Notes: a model not told the origin generated them from the sequence alone. A DNA stretch of 12,593 nucleotides from Archangium sp. (GCA_031367385.1 JANLPS010000525.1:1-12593), one strand, 5' to 3'; counted from the stretch's first letter, positions 1 through 8,193 are shown. Translations and numbers: made by a program.

Positions 1-53
1 TCGCCGTAGGCCACCCGCAGCGACTGCACGTCGATTTTGACCGCTGGGCTCAC
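1..53 (-). CDS. pstB: Probable phosphate ABC transporter ATP-binding protein, N-terminus only (runs off the window)
   Basis: GTG at 53 overlaps the pstA stop (GTGA, 50-53) and reads MSPAVKIDVQSLRVAYG, typical of an ABC ATPase N-terminus. The position after pstSCA fits pstB. Only 17 codons are visible. Confidence 0.7.
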   Translation of the reverse strand, partial: MSPAVKIDVQSLRVAYG

Positions 54-949
54 AACGCTGCCCCGCGAGCGCGCGAACGCACCAGCACCGCGACGAGGTT
101 GAGCAAGAAGGTCAGCATCAGCAGCACCAGCACGGTGGCGTACATCATCGGCTGCGCGGCCTCGACGTCGGGGGCCTGGGTCGCGAGCACATAGGCGTGG
201 TACCCCAGGTGCATGAACTGCGACGAGAGGGAGGTCGGCAGGTTCGGCAGCGCGTAGGCAGCGCCGGTCAGCAGCACCGGGGCGACTTCACCAGCGCCTC
301 GGGAGATCGCCAGAATTGCGCCGGTCATGATGCCCGGCAACGCGCCCGGCAGAATGACGCGAAACAAGGTCTGCGAGCGGGTGGCGCCGAGGGCGAGGCT
401 GGCCATGCGGAGCTCGACTGGCACCGAACGCAGCGCTTCTTCGGTCGTGACGATGACGATGGGCAGGGTGAGCAAGGCCAGCGTGAGGGCGGCCCAGAGC
501 AGGCCCGGCTGAGCGAAGTGCAGGCCCGTGCCGGAGATGCGGTCGACTCCGGTGCCGATCAGCTGCACGAAGAACCCGAGCCCGAAGAGGCCGAAGACAA
601 TCGAAGGCACGCCGGCGAGGTTGGCGATGGCGGCGCGGGCCAAGCGGGCCAGGCGCGAATCGGGTGCCGCGTATTCGTGCAGGTACACGGCGGTCGCGAC
701 GCCGAGCGGCATCACGGCCACGGTCATCAGCAGGGTCAGCACCGCGGTGCCATAGATCGCGGGAAAGACGCCACCCTCGGTGACCTCGTCGCCCGGGCCT
801 TCGGTGAAGAATCTCCACGAGAGCGCGCCCCAGCCCCCGAGCACTGCGTCGACGACGACGACGACGAGCCCGGTGAGAATGAGGAGCATGGCCAGGCCGG
901 TCAGCCCTGCGAAGACCCGGTTGATTCGGCGACCGCGGGCGGGGTTCAT
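50..949 (-). CDS. pstA: Phosphate ABC transporter permease PstA
   Basis: Multi-TM protein with GGVFPAIYGT, NLAGVPSIVFGLFG, EEALRSVP...ASLALGATR (EAA loop) and RGAGEVAP. Start placed at ATG 949 (MNPARGRR); the ORF-track start at 985 lies inside the repeat insert. Confidence 0.95.
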   Translation of the reverse strand: MNPARGRRINRVFAGLTGLAMLLILTGLVVVVVDAVLGGWGALSWRFFTEGPGDEVTEGGVFPAIYGTAVLTLLMTVAVMPLGVATAVYLHEYAAPDSRLARLARAAIANLAGVPSIVFGLFGLGFFVQLIGTGVDRISGTGLHFAQPGLLWAALTLALLTLPIVIVTTEEALRSVPVELRMASLALGATRSQTLFRVILPGALPGIMTGAILAISRGAGEVAPVLLTGAAYALPNLPTSLSSQFMHLGYHAYVLATQAPDVEAAQPMMYATVLVLLMLTFLLNLVAVLVRSRARGAAL

Positions 950-1169
950 CGCGAAGCCTGTACGAAGCCGCTCATCCTGAGGCACTCGAAAAATGAAGCC
1001 CGGGTCACGGGAAGCTGCACGTGAACGCGGAGGTAAACCTTCGCCAGCGATGGGTGCTCTCCGTTCAGGGCTGTGTGCCGCCGAGCGGGCTCGGTGTGCT
1101 CGGTCGCAGCCCGGCCCGCGTCCCTCGAGATGAACGGGTTCGACTCCGAAGGGATGAACGGGTTCATCG
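942..1169. repeat. Palindromic REP/MITE-like insert 1 (218 bp plus a 10-bp flanking duplication)
   Basis: GGGTTCATCG direct repeat at 942-951 and 1160-1169. Imperfect inverted arms at 968-990 and 1139-1161 (16/23 match). Internal hairpin CCGAGC-GG-GCTCGG at 1081-1094. Shares CTCATCCTGAG (971-981) with insert 2. Confidence 0.7.
946..1167 (-). CDS. Putative 73-aa bridging micro-ORF spanning insert 1, no recognisable family
   Basis: ATG overlaps the pstC stop (ATGA 1167-1164) and TGA overlaps the pstA start (ATGA 949-946). Translation is unproven. Confidence 0.4.
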   Translation of the reverse strand: MNPFIPSESNPFISRDAGRAATEHTEPARRHTALNGEHPSLAKVYLRVHVQLPVTRASFFECLRMSGFVQASR

Positions 1170-2111
1170 TCCCCTCGCCCGCTGAACCCGGTTTCTCGCC
1201 CAGGCCCCGACGGTGCCGTTGAGCACCAGGTTCACCACGAACAGCATCACGCCCAGAAAATACAGCAGCGACGTGTGGGTACTGCCAGGCACCACCTCGC
1301 CCATCTCAGCGGCGATGGTGGCCGACAACGTTCGCGTCGAATCGCTCAACCTCGCCGACACGATCGCGGCGTTGCCCGAGGCCATCAACACGATCATCGT
1401 TTCTCCGACCGCGCGCCCGAAGCCCAACACCAGCGCCCCCAGCACCCCCGGAGCCGCCGCCGGCAGCACGATACGCCACGCGGTGTCCCACCTGGTGGCG
1501 CCCAGGGCGAAGGAGGCCTCTCGGTACGAGCCCGGCACCGCCCGCAGCGCATCTTCAGTGACGGTGAACACAATCGGCACGATCGCCAGCGCCATCGCGA
1601 CCCCCGCGACGATCGCGTTGAGCCGGTAGGGCCAATCGAACAGCGACTGAAGCGCGCTCGCCAGCACCATCAGCGCAAAGAACCCCAACACCACGGAGGG
1701 GATACCCGCCAGCAACTCGACCACCGGCTTGATCACCTCGCGCAGCCGTGGAGGCGCGAACTCCGCGCTGAACACCGCCGCCGCGATGCCCACCGGCGCC
1801 GCCAGCACCATCGCCACGCCCGTCACTTTGAGGCTCCCGATGATCAGCGGCACCACGCTGATCTTCGGCACCCGCGAAATCGGCTGCCACACCCAGGCCG
1901 GTGGCCGCCCCTCGCGAACTGCTTGCGGCAAGAACAGCTTCGCAAACGAGACGTCGTGATCGAACAGCAGCGGCAACGCCTCGCGGGCGATGAACACCAG
2001 CATCAGCAGCAACACGACCAGGCCGCTCATGCCGGCGACAGTGACGAGCCACTCCACCACCCGGTCTGTGCGCGAAATTCGAAAGGGAGCGGCCATGTCG
2101 TCTTTGCTCAC
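1164..2111 (-). CDS. pstC: Phosphate ABC transporter permease PstC
   Basis: KPVVELLAGIPSVVLGFF, EDALRAVP...EASFALGATRW and GRAVGETMIVLM motifs. GTG start overlaps the pstS stop (GTGA 2111-2108). Confidence 0.95.
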   Translation of the reverse strand: MSKDDMAAPFRISRTDRVVEWLVTVAGMSGLVVLLLMLVFIAREALPLLFDHDVSFAKLFLPQAVREGRPPAWVWQPISRVPKISVVPLIIGSLKVTGVAMVLAAPVGIAAAVFSAEFAPPRLREVIKPVVELLAGIPSVVLGFFALMVLASALQSLFDWPYRLNAIVAGVAMALAIVPIVFTVTEDALRAVPGSYREASFALGATRWDTAWRIVLPAAAPGVLGALVLGFGRAVGETMIVLMASGNAAIVSARLSDSTRTLSATIAAEMGEVVPGSTHTSLLYFLGVMLFVVNLVLNGTVGAWARNRVQRARGR

Positions 2112-2917
2112 TGCAGCGGCAAGAACCCCGCTCGATCTGCAATGGCCTGACCCTCGGGCGATCGCACGAACTCGAGAAAAGCAGCGGTGTCAGCCGAGGG
2201 GTGCACCGGCACATAAAAGTACAGCTGGCGCGACAAAGGGTATTTACCTGACATCACATTCTCGCTGGTGGGGAGCACCTCTTCGTCTCCGATTCGAACC
2301 GCCAGCACCCGAACGTTGCGCGCGAAGGCAGTGCCTCCAAAGCCCATCGCCCACGGCTCATGCGAGACCGCGTTGACCACCGCGCCGGTGCCCTCGAGGG
2401 GCTGCAGGGTCGAGGCGAAGTCTTCGTCGTGCAGCACCCGCTCTTTGACGAACCCGTAGGTGCCCGAGGTGCTCTCACGGGTGTAGGTGATGATCTGGCG
2501 ATCGGGCCCACCGAACGCCGACCACCGGGCCACATCGCCCAGCAGCACGTCGCGCAGCTGCTCGAGGCTCAGCGCCCGAACCGGGTTCTTCGCGTTCACG
2601 AAAAACGCCACGCTGTCGCGTACCACCGGTACCACGATCGGAGCGTGCCCCAACTTGGCGGCCAACCGGGCCTGCTCTTCTTCGCCCAACGGGTGCGAGC
2701 TGGTGGCGATGTCGGTTGCTCCGCTCTCGAGGGCCGCGAGGCCCGTACCCGAGCCGCCGCCGGTGATCTGTACGGTGATGTCGGGGTGTTTTCGGCTGAA
2801 CGCGCGAGCCCAGCGTTGTGAGAGGCCGACCAGCGTATCTGAGCCCTTGATGGTGATCGTACCCGCAGCGGCCGGGGCTGCCAGCACCGCCAACAGCACG
2901 GCCGCGAGTCGTGTCAC
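2108..2917 (-). CDS. pstS: Phosphate ABC transporter substrate-binding protein PstS
   Basis: Cleavable signal peptide ([18 protein letters not shown]). Motifs ITIKGSDT, GGGSGTG, RESTSGTY and YPLSRQLYFY. GTG start overlaps the upstream regulator stop. Confidence 0.93.
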   Translation of the reverse strand: MTRLAAVLLAVLAAPAAAGTITIKGSDTLVGLSQRWARAFSRKHPDITVQITGGGSGTGLAALESGATDIATSSHPLGEEEQARLAAKLGHAPIVVPVVRDSVAFFVNAKNPVRALSLEQLRDVLLGDVARWSAFGGPDRQIITYTRESTSGTYGFVKERVLHDEDFASTLQPLEGTGAVVNAVSHEPWAMGFGGTAFARNVRVLAVRIGDEEVLPTSENVMSGKYPLSRQLYFYVPVHPSADTAAFLEFVRSPEGQAIADRAGFLPLQ

Positions 2918-3612
2918 GCGGGAGCGACCGGCTGGTTCTCGTCAGACAGCCGGTACCCGACGCCGCGAACGGTCTCGACCAGGTTTCGCGCGACGCCCAG
3001 CTTTTCACGCAGACGCATCACATGCGTGTCGACGGTGCGGGTCTCTTGCTGGCTGGTGATGCCCCACACCTCGGCCAGCAGCTGCTCGCGCGACTGCACC
3101 CGGCCCGGGCGCGACATCAGGTGCTGCAGCAATCGAAACTCGAGGGCGGTGAGCTCGACGGGTTCACCGGCGACGGTGGCACGGTGGGTGCCCACGTCGA
3201 TGGTCAGCTCGCCCAGCTGCAAGATCACAGCGGGCTCTGACTGGTGCGCCCGGCGCAAGATGGCCTTGACCCGCAAGACGAGCTCACGGGGGCTGAATGG
3301 CTTGGTGACGTAGTCGTCAGCGCCCACTTCGAACCCATCGACCCGGTCGGCCTCTTCACCGCGCGCGGTCAACATCACGATGGGCACGAGCTTCATTCGA
3401 GGGTCGGTGCGAAACCGGCGGCACACTTCTTTGCCAGAGATGTCAGGCAGCATTAGGTCGAGCAGCACCAGGTCGGGCACGCGCTGCGCAACGGTGGCCA
3501 GCGCCGCTTCGCCGGTCAACGCCACCTCGGTTTCGAGGCCCGCTTGCTGAAGGTTGAACTCCACCAGGCTGGCGAGGTCGGCTTCGTCATCGACGATGAG
3601 AATGTGGGCCAT
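2914..3612 (-). CDS. phoB: OmpR/PhoB-family response regulator, first gene of the pst operon
   Basis: Receiver domain ([28 protein letters not shown]) plus winged helix ([33 protein letters not shown]). Coupled to pstS. Confidence 0.88.
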   Translation of the reverse strand: MAHILIVDDEADLASLVEFNLQQAGLETEVALTGEAALATVAQRVPDLVLLDLMLPDISGKEVCRRFRTDPRMKLVPIVMLTARGEEADRVDGFEVGADDYVTKPFSPRELVLRVKAILRRAHQSEPAVILQLGELTIDVGTHRATVAGEPVELTALEFRLLQHLMSRPGRVQSREQLLAEVWGITSQQETRTVDTHVMRLREKLGVARNLVETVRGVGYRLSDENQPVAPA

Positions 3613-3659
3613 GGGCTCAGCTTCCTAGGCTTGACCCACGACGCATGGGTGGAGCCTCG

Positions 3660-3677
3660 GCAACGTTTGTGTGACGG
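3660..3677 (-). promoter_or_regulatory. Possible degenerate Pho box
   Basis: Minus strand reads CCGTCACACAAACGTTGC: half-sites GTCAC and GTTGC at 11-bp spacing with an A-rich linker, about 48 bp upstream of the phoB-pstS operon. The second half-site is poor. Confidence 0.35.
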
Positions 3678-3740
3678 TTGCGCTCGCTACTGGCAGCTCT
3701 GCCGTGCCCCACAACAGTCAATATGCAACGTCTTGCGAAC

Positions 3741-4760
3741 CTACTGCTCGTCGGGGAGCGGAAAATCAAACACGTCGGTCGGCTCGCCCTCTTCGTGATC
3801 GGTCTCGCGCATCAAGTCAGGCACCGACGGCATCGGGCCGCTGGTGCTCATGAGCTCGTCGGCGAGCTCATCGGCCTGGGTCGATTCACCAGGCGGCGGC
3901 AACACCACGCCTGGGGGCGCCGGCATCGCAATTCGCAGCGAGGCGTCGGCGGGTTTCATCGAGGGCGGCGCTCCGGGGGGCGGCTTCAAGTAGGGCGGCA
4001 ACCCCGAGTGACGGCGCGCGGCCTCTGAGAGCAGCGCGTGATGCCGGTAGCGGCACTCGAGCATTTTGTGAATCAGCAATGGAGCGCCCGGCACCTTGCG
4101 ATCTTGTAACGCCTGAGTCGCCTTGCGCACCGGGTAGCGCACCCGCCGAATCTGCACCCGCCACCCGCGTGGAGTGAACGTGAACAACCCCCACGCCGGT
4201 CGCAGGTCACCATCGCGGGGTATGCCAGCCGAGGCCACGTCGGCGATCACCATGCGGCCGACCCGCCGCCGGTAAGGAAAGTGGAGGTGCCCGAAGGCCA
4301 CCGCCGCCGCGTCGAGGTTGCCCAAGAAGCGCCGCAGCAGGTGATCGTCGAGCGTCGGCTCGATCGATTCTTCGAGGTTGCGGGGGTTCGCGTGGCACAC
4401 GTAGAGGTCTTGGCCTTTGCGAGGGCTGAACCGGGTCGAGAACGGCAGCTCTCCCAGCCGCTTGGTACGGGCCGAGCCGAGCTGATCGCGTGTCCACTCC
4501 AGGAGCTCAGTCTTCCAGTGGTCGGCTTCGCGGTACGCGCCGCCCAGGTAATTGCCGGCGAGGTAGCAATCGGTGTTGCCCATCAGTAGCGCGTCGCAGG
4601 CATCTTCGAGACAGTCGACGGTCTCAGCGGGGTACGGGCCGCGCAAGGCGAGGTCTCCCGCCGCGCAGATGAAATCGGGCGACTGCCTTTTGATGTCTTC
4701 GAGTACTGCTTCAACGGCTGGCAAATTGCCGTGAATGTCGGCCAACACCGCAACCCGCAT
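3741..4760 (-). CDS. Calcineurin-like metallophosphoesterase with a Pro-rich and acidic C-terminal tail
   Basis: Motifs LADIHGN, AGDLA, GNTD, CHANP and FGHLH. Starts 12 bp after the phoR stop. From memory this resembles the Myxococcus xanthus phoP1-phoR1-pph2 arrangement (not verified). Confidence 0.88.
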   Translation of the reverse strand: MRVAVLADIHGNLPAVEAVLEDIKRQSPDFICAAGDLALRGPYPAETVDCLEDACDALLMGNTDCYLAGNYLGGAYREADHWKTELLEWTRDQLGSARTKRLGELPFSTRFSPRKGQDLYVCHANPRNLEESIEPTLDDHLLRRFLGNLDAAAVAFGHLHFPYRRRVGRMVIADVASAGIPRDGDLRPAWGLFTFTPRGWRVQIRRVRYPVRKATQALQDRKVPGAPLLIHKMLECRYRHHALLSEAARRHSGLPPYLKPPPGAPPSMKPADASLRIAMPAPPGVVLPPPGESTQADELADELMSTSGPMPSVPDLMRETDHEEGEPTDVFDFPLPDEQ

Positions 4761-4772
4761 GATTCGGGCACT

Positions 4773-6164
4773 CTAGCTGCTCAAGCCAGAATTCCCAGCG
4801 GTTCCAATGATTTCGGGGTGCGATGGGGTCGGTTCGGGCTCGGCGACCCCGGTCTTGGGCAGCTGGAGAAAGAACGTGCTGCCCTGGCCTGGGGTGCTCT
4901 CGACGCGCACTTCTCCGTTCATCGCACTGACGAGGTGCTTGACGATCGAGAGGCCCAACCCGGTGCCGCCCATGTCGCGGCTGCGGCCTTTGTCGACCCG
5001 GTAGAAGCGCTCGAAGATGCGAGGCAGGTGGCGGGCTTCGATGCCTGGGCCGTCATCGCGAATCGAGATCTCCATCGTGTCATTGACCGGGCGCGCGGTG
5101 ACCCACACGTGCCCGTTGGGAGGCGTGTACTTGACCGCGTTGTCGAGCAGGTTGAGCAGCACCTGTTCGATGGCCCGTCGGTCACCGAAGGCGGTCAGCT
5201 CGGGGGCGATTTGCAGCTCGATGGCGGTGCTTCGAGCGCGGGCCTTTGGGCGAATGGCTTCGCTGGCGCGCTGGGCCGCCTCGGCGAGCTCGACCGGCTT
5301 GCGCTCGAGCATCAGCTGCTTCGATTCGAGCCGCGAGAGCTCGAGGAGATCTTCGACCAGCTCGGAGAGCCGCTCTGATTGCCGGTGAATGATGTCGACC
5401 ATCTTCGGAGCTGCAATCGGGTCGCTCACCGCGCCTGACATCAACGTCTCTGAATACCCGCGAATGGCGGTGATCGGCGTTCGCAGCTCGTGGCTCACGT
5501 TGGCGACGAAGTCTTTGCGAACCTTCTCGAGGCGGCGCAGCTCGGTCACGTCGAAGAACACCGCCGAGCTGCCACCCAGCTCACGGCCCAGGGGAGAGAC
5601 ATGCACCGACAGCACCCGGGGCCGAACCCCATCGAGCGCGACCTCGAGCCGGGTGGTCATGTTGTCGCGGCAGGCCTGCTCGACCGCCAGCTGCAGCTCG
5701 GCGCTGCGCAACAGCTCGACCGGCCGACGCCCTGCGAGCTGCTGCCCGGCGAAGAGCATCTCCTTGAGCGCGTTGTTGTGCTCCATCACCGTGCCATCGT
5801 TGCTGGTGATCCACACGCCTTCGGCCATGCCGTCGATCACCGCGCGCATCACGGCCAGTTGCCGGCCCATCTCGAGCGCACTCTGGGCGGTCTCGTGAAC
5901 GTGCTGGGCCAATCGGTTCGGGTTGTCGGGGTCGTTGGTGGCGTCTTCGAAGGGCGCGACGCGCAGGCCTCGGGCTGCTGCTGCCATGGCATCGGCCCGT
6001 TGAATCAAGGGTTGGGCGACGCGAATGGCGGTCACCGCGGCCAGCACTCCCGCCCCGATCGAGGCGATCATCGCCGAGCCCGATTGCCCGGTGGTGAACA
6101 GCACCAGGGCAAAGACGCCGAGCGCCGAAAGCACAGGCCACACCCAGAGGGTCTTGAGCTGCAT
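4773..6164 (-). CDS. phoR: Phosphate regulon sensor histidine kinase PhoR
   Basis: Two N-terminal TM segments, a PAS-like region, H-box KDFVANVSHELRTP, N-box NLLDNAVKY, DDGPGI, IFERFYRVDKGRSRDMGGTGLGL. ATG at 6164, with an alternative GTG at 6167. Confidence 0.93.
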   Translation of the reverse strand: MQLKTLWVWPVLSALGVFALVLFTTGQSGSAMIASIGAGVLAAVTAIRVAQPLIQRADAMAAAARGLRVAPFEDATNDPDNPNRLAQHVHETAQSALEMGRQLAVMRAVIDGMAEGVWITSNDGTVMEHNNALKEMLFAGQQLAGRRPVELLRSAELQLAVEQACRDNMTTRLEVALDGVRPRVLSVHVSPLGRELGGSSAVFFDVTELRRLEKVRKDFVANVSHELRTPITAIRGYSETLMSGAVSDPIAAPKMVDIIHRQSERLSELVEDLLELSRLESKQLMLERKPVELAEAAQRASEAIRPKARARSTAIELQIAPELTAFGDRRAIEQVLLNLLDNAVKYTPPNGHVWVTARPVNDTMEISIRDDGPGIEARHLPRIFERFYRVDKGRSRDMGGTGLGLSIVKHLVSAMNGEVRVESTPGQGSTFFLQLPKTGVAEPEPTPSHPEIIGTAGNSGLSS

Positions 6165-6203
6165 CACGATGCCTCGCGCCCTACCCCAGATCTGAGAGAA
6201 AAA

Positions 6204-6881
6204 TCACGACACGAGCTTGTAACCGACGCCGCGAATGGTCTCGATGATGTCACCCGCCGGCCCCAGCTTCTCGCGCAGCCGTTTGATGTGAGTGTCGACC
6301 GTGCGGGTGGTGATCTCGGCCTCGATGCCCCACACGTCTGAGAGCAAGGTCTCGCGGGTCTGCACCCTGCCCGGCCGCTCGAGAAAGGTCTTGAGCAGCC
6401 GAAATTCGAGCGCAGTCAGCACGACCAGCTCGCCTTTGACGCGCACCTCGTGGCGTTCGGCGTCGAGCGCGATGGCTTTGATGCTCAGCGCCTTGCCGAC
6501 CGGAGCCACCTCTTCTCCATGCCGCCGCAGCACCGCTTTGACCCGCAAGAGCAGCTCTTTGACCGAGAACGGTTTGACCACGTAGTCATCGGCGCCCAGC
6601 TCGAGGCCCTTGACGCGGTCGCTCTCTTCGCCGCGCGCGGTCACCATGATCAGCGGCGTGCGTCGGGGCTCGGTCTCGCGAATCAGCCGCGCGACCTCGG
6701 TGCCCGCGATGTCGGGGAGCATCAGGTCGAGCAGCAGCAGCTCGGGCTTGAAGATCTTGTGGCGGGCGATGCCAGCGGCTCCGGTTCGGGCGACCTCGAC
6801 CTCGTGACCGTCGCTCTTCAAGTTGTATTCGAGGAGCGAGGCGAGATCTTGCTCGTCTTCGATGACCAAAATTCGCGCCAT
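6204..6881 (-). CDS. phoB: OmpR/PhoB-family response regulator, likely cognate of PhoR
   Basis: [39 protein letters not shown] and ETIRGVGY. Directly upstream of phoR. Confidence 0.88.
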   Translation of the reverse strand: MARILVIEDEQDLASLLEYNLKSDGHEVEVARTGAAGIARHKIFKPELLLLDLMLPDIAGTEVARLIRETEPRRTPLIMVTARGEESDRVKGLELGADDYVVKPFSVKELLLRVKAVLRRHGEEVAPVGKALSIKAIALDAERHEVRVKGELVVLTALEFRLLKTFLERPGRVQTRETLLSDVWGIEAEITTRTVDTHIKRLREKLGPAGDIIETIRGVGYKLVS

Positions 6882-6931
6882 GGCGTTTGCCTTCTAACGC
6901 AGTTCGGCCCGTGGCATAAGCCAGAGCTTCG

Positions 6932-7279
6932 ATGGCAAGCGGCTCAGACAAGCGACGCGAAACCCGAGTACCTCTCGACTTGTGGGTCGAGGCCGAGCGC
7001 GAAGGCGAGACGTACTACCAGCGCGCGCTCAACCTCTCGGTCGGCGGCGTGTACTTCGCGCAGACCGTGCCGATGCCGCTGGGCACCCGGGTGAAGCTCA
7101 CCTTCACCCTGCCCGGCGAGACCTCCGAGTTCAGCTGTCAGGGCGAAGTGGTGGCGGCCAAAGAGATGGGCATGGGCGTGCACTTCGTCGACCTGGCGCT
7201 CAAAGATCGCAGGCGCGTCGAAGCGGCGATCGAGCGCATCGAGACCAAGCTCGAGATTCGAAAATCAAAGCCCGCCTAA
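6932..7279 (+). CDS. Stand-alone PilZ domain protein (candidate c-di-GMP receptor)
   Basis: RxxxR (RRETR) and (D/N)xSxxG (NLSVGG) motifs, with GEVV and GMGVHF strands; 115 aa. Confidence 0.85.
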   Translation: MASGSDKRRETRVPLDLWVEAEREGETYYQRALNLSVGGVYFAQTVPMPLGTRVKLTFTLPGETSEFSCQGEVVAAKEMGMGVHFVDLALKDRRRVEAAIERIETKLEIRKSKPA

Positions 7280-7290
7280 CGGCAGCACCG

Positions 7291-8110
7291 TCACCACGAG
7301 TCGAGCACGGCGCGTACGCGTCGAGCGACGACCTCGGTGTGCGTCAGCAACAGCCCGTGATCGGCGCCGGGCACCACCTCGAGGGCCACCGGGTGCGGGA
7401 GCGACTGGACTCGCTGGCGCATGAATGAAGCCGGCACGCGAACGTCGCGCTCTCCGGTGATGACGCTGACCTGCGCGCTGGGGGTCTCGCCGATGCCCGA
7501 GACGAAGATCGCGGCCCCAAAGAGCTCAGCGTGCGCCGCGCCGAAGAAGGCCCCGTTCGACAGACCCACCATCAGCACCCGGCGGCGATCGACTCTGGGC
7601 GGGAGATCTCGCAGGGTGTTCTCGACGACGGCTCTGCCTCGAGCCGTGTCCCACTGGGCGGCCCAGTCGAGCGCGGGGGCGACGATGACGACGCGTGAGC
7701 CGATGGTGGAGCTCGCCAACGCCTGCACGTACACCGAGCTCAAGCCGCCGAAGCCGTGTAGAAAAACCAGGCCTGGCAGAGGGTCCGTGCCCGGCGGCTC
7801 GTACCTGAGCCCTCGAACCGCACCAGGGGCCGTTGGAGGTGCAGGCCACGCCCTCACAGACCACCCACCCCGCCGGTTCATTCGGCACCAGCACCCGCAG
7901 CATCATGAACCCCGCGGCGAAGGTGCTCGCCGCGACGCCCCACCGACGCCGGGTCGCAGGAACGCTGAGCGTGAGCCCGAGCATCAGCGCCGAACCCGTG
8001 ACACCGACCAGGGCCAGGCTCCAATGGCCGACCGCCACCGCCAGCACTCCCGCGGTGAGCGAACCCAAGGAGATCAACGCGAAGAGGAGCCTGGCGAGGG
8101 TTCGCAGCAT
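7291..8110 (-). pseudogene. Membrane-anchored alpha/beta hydrolase split by a frameshift (or sequence error)
   Basis: The frame from ATG 8110 gives about three TM helices up to roughly NGPW (~7825). A different frame gives VFLHGFGG, GLSNG (GxSxG), GERD and GADH up to the stop at 7291. The 820-nt span is not a multiple of 3. Confidence 0.65.
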
Positions 8111-8163
8111 CGCCCTGGGTTCTACGCGGGCTTTGCCTGCAGCCCGAATTGAAGGCTCTGCGT

Positions 8164-8193
8164 TTGACTCCGCTTGCCCCCATCGGGTAAGAG
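8164..8193 (+). promoter_or_regulatory. Possible sigma70-type promoter for yceD-rpmF
   Basis: TTGACT (8164-8169), 18-bp spacer, TAAGAG (8188-8193), 30 bp before the ATG. The -10 match is weak. Confidence 0.35.

Noticed and set aside
850..867. (GAC)n trinucleotide run as a contingency locus
   Set aside because: It encodes a poly-Val stretch in a PstA TM helix and is in frame.
950..985. N-terminal extension of PstA from the ORF-track start at 985
   Set aside because: It lies inside the repeat arm; ATG 949 sits in the duplicated junction and is the more plausible start.
942..1169. Inserts as a CRISPR array, autonomous IS or tRNA/known ncRNA
   Set aside because: Only two short tandem units with no spacer array, no cas or transposase ORF, and no tRNA cloverleaf visible.
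4825..4850. GGGGTCG/CGACCCC hairpin near the phoR 3' end
   Set aside because: Inside coding sequence, no U tract, and expected by chance at this GC content.
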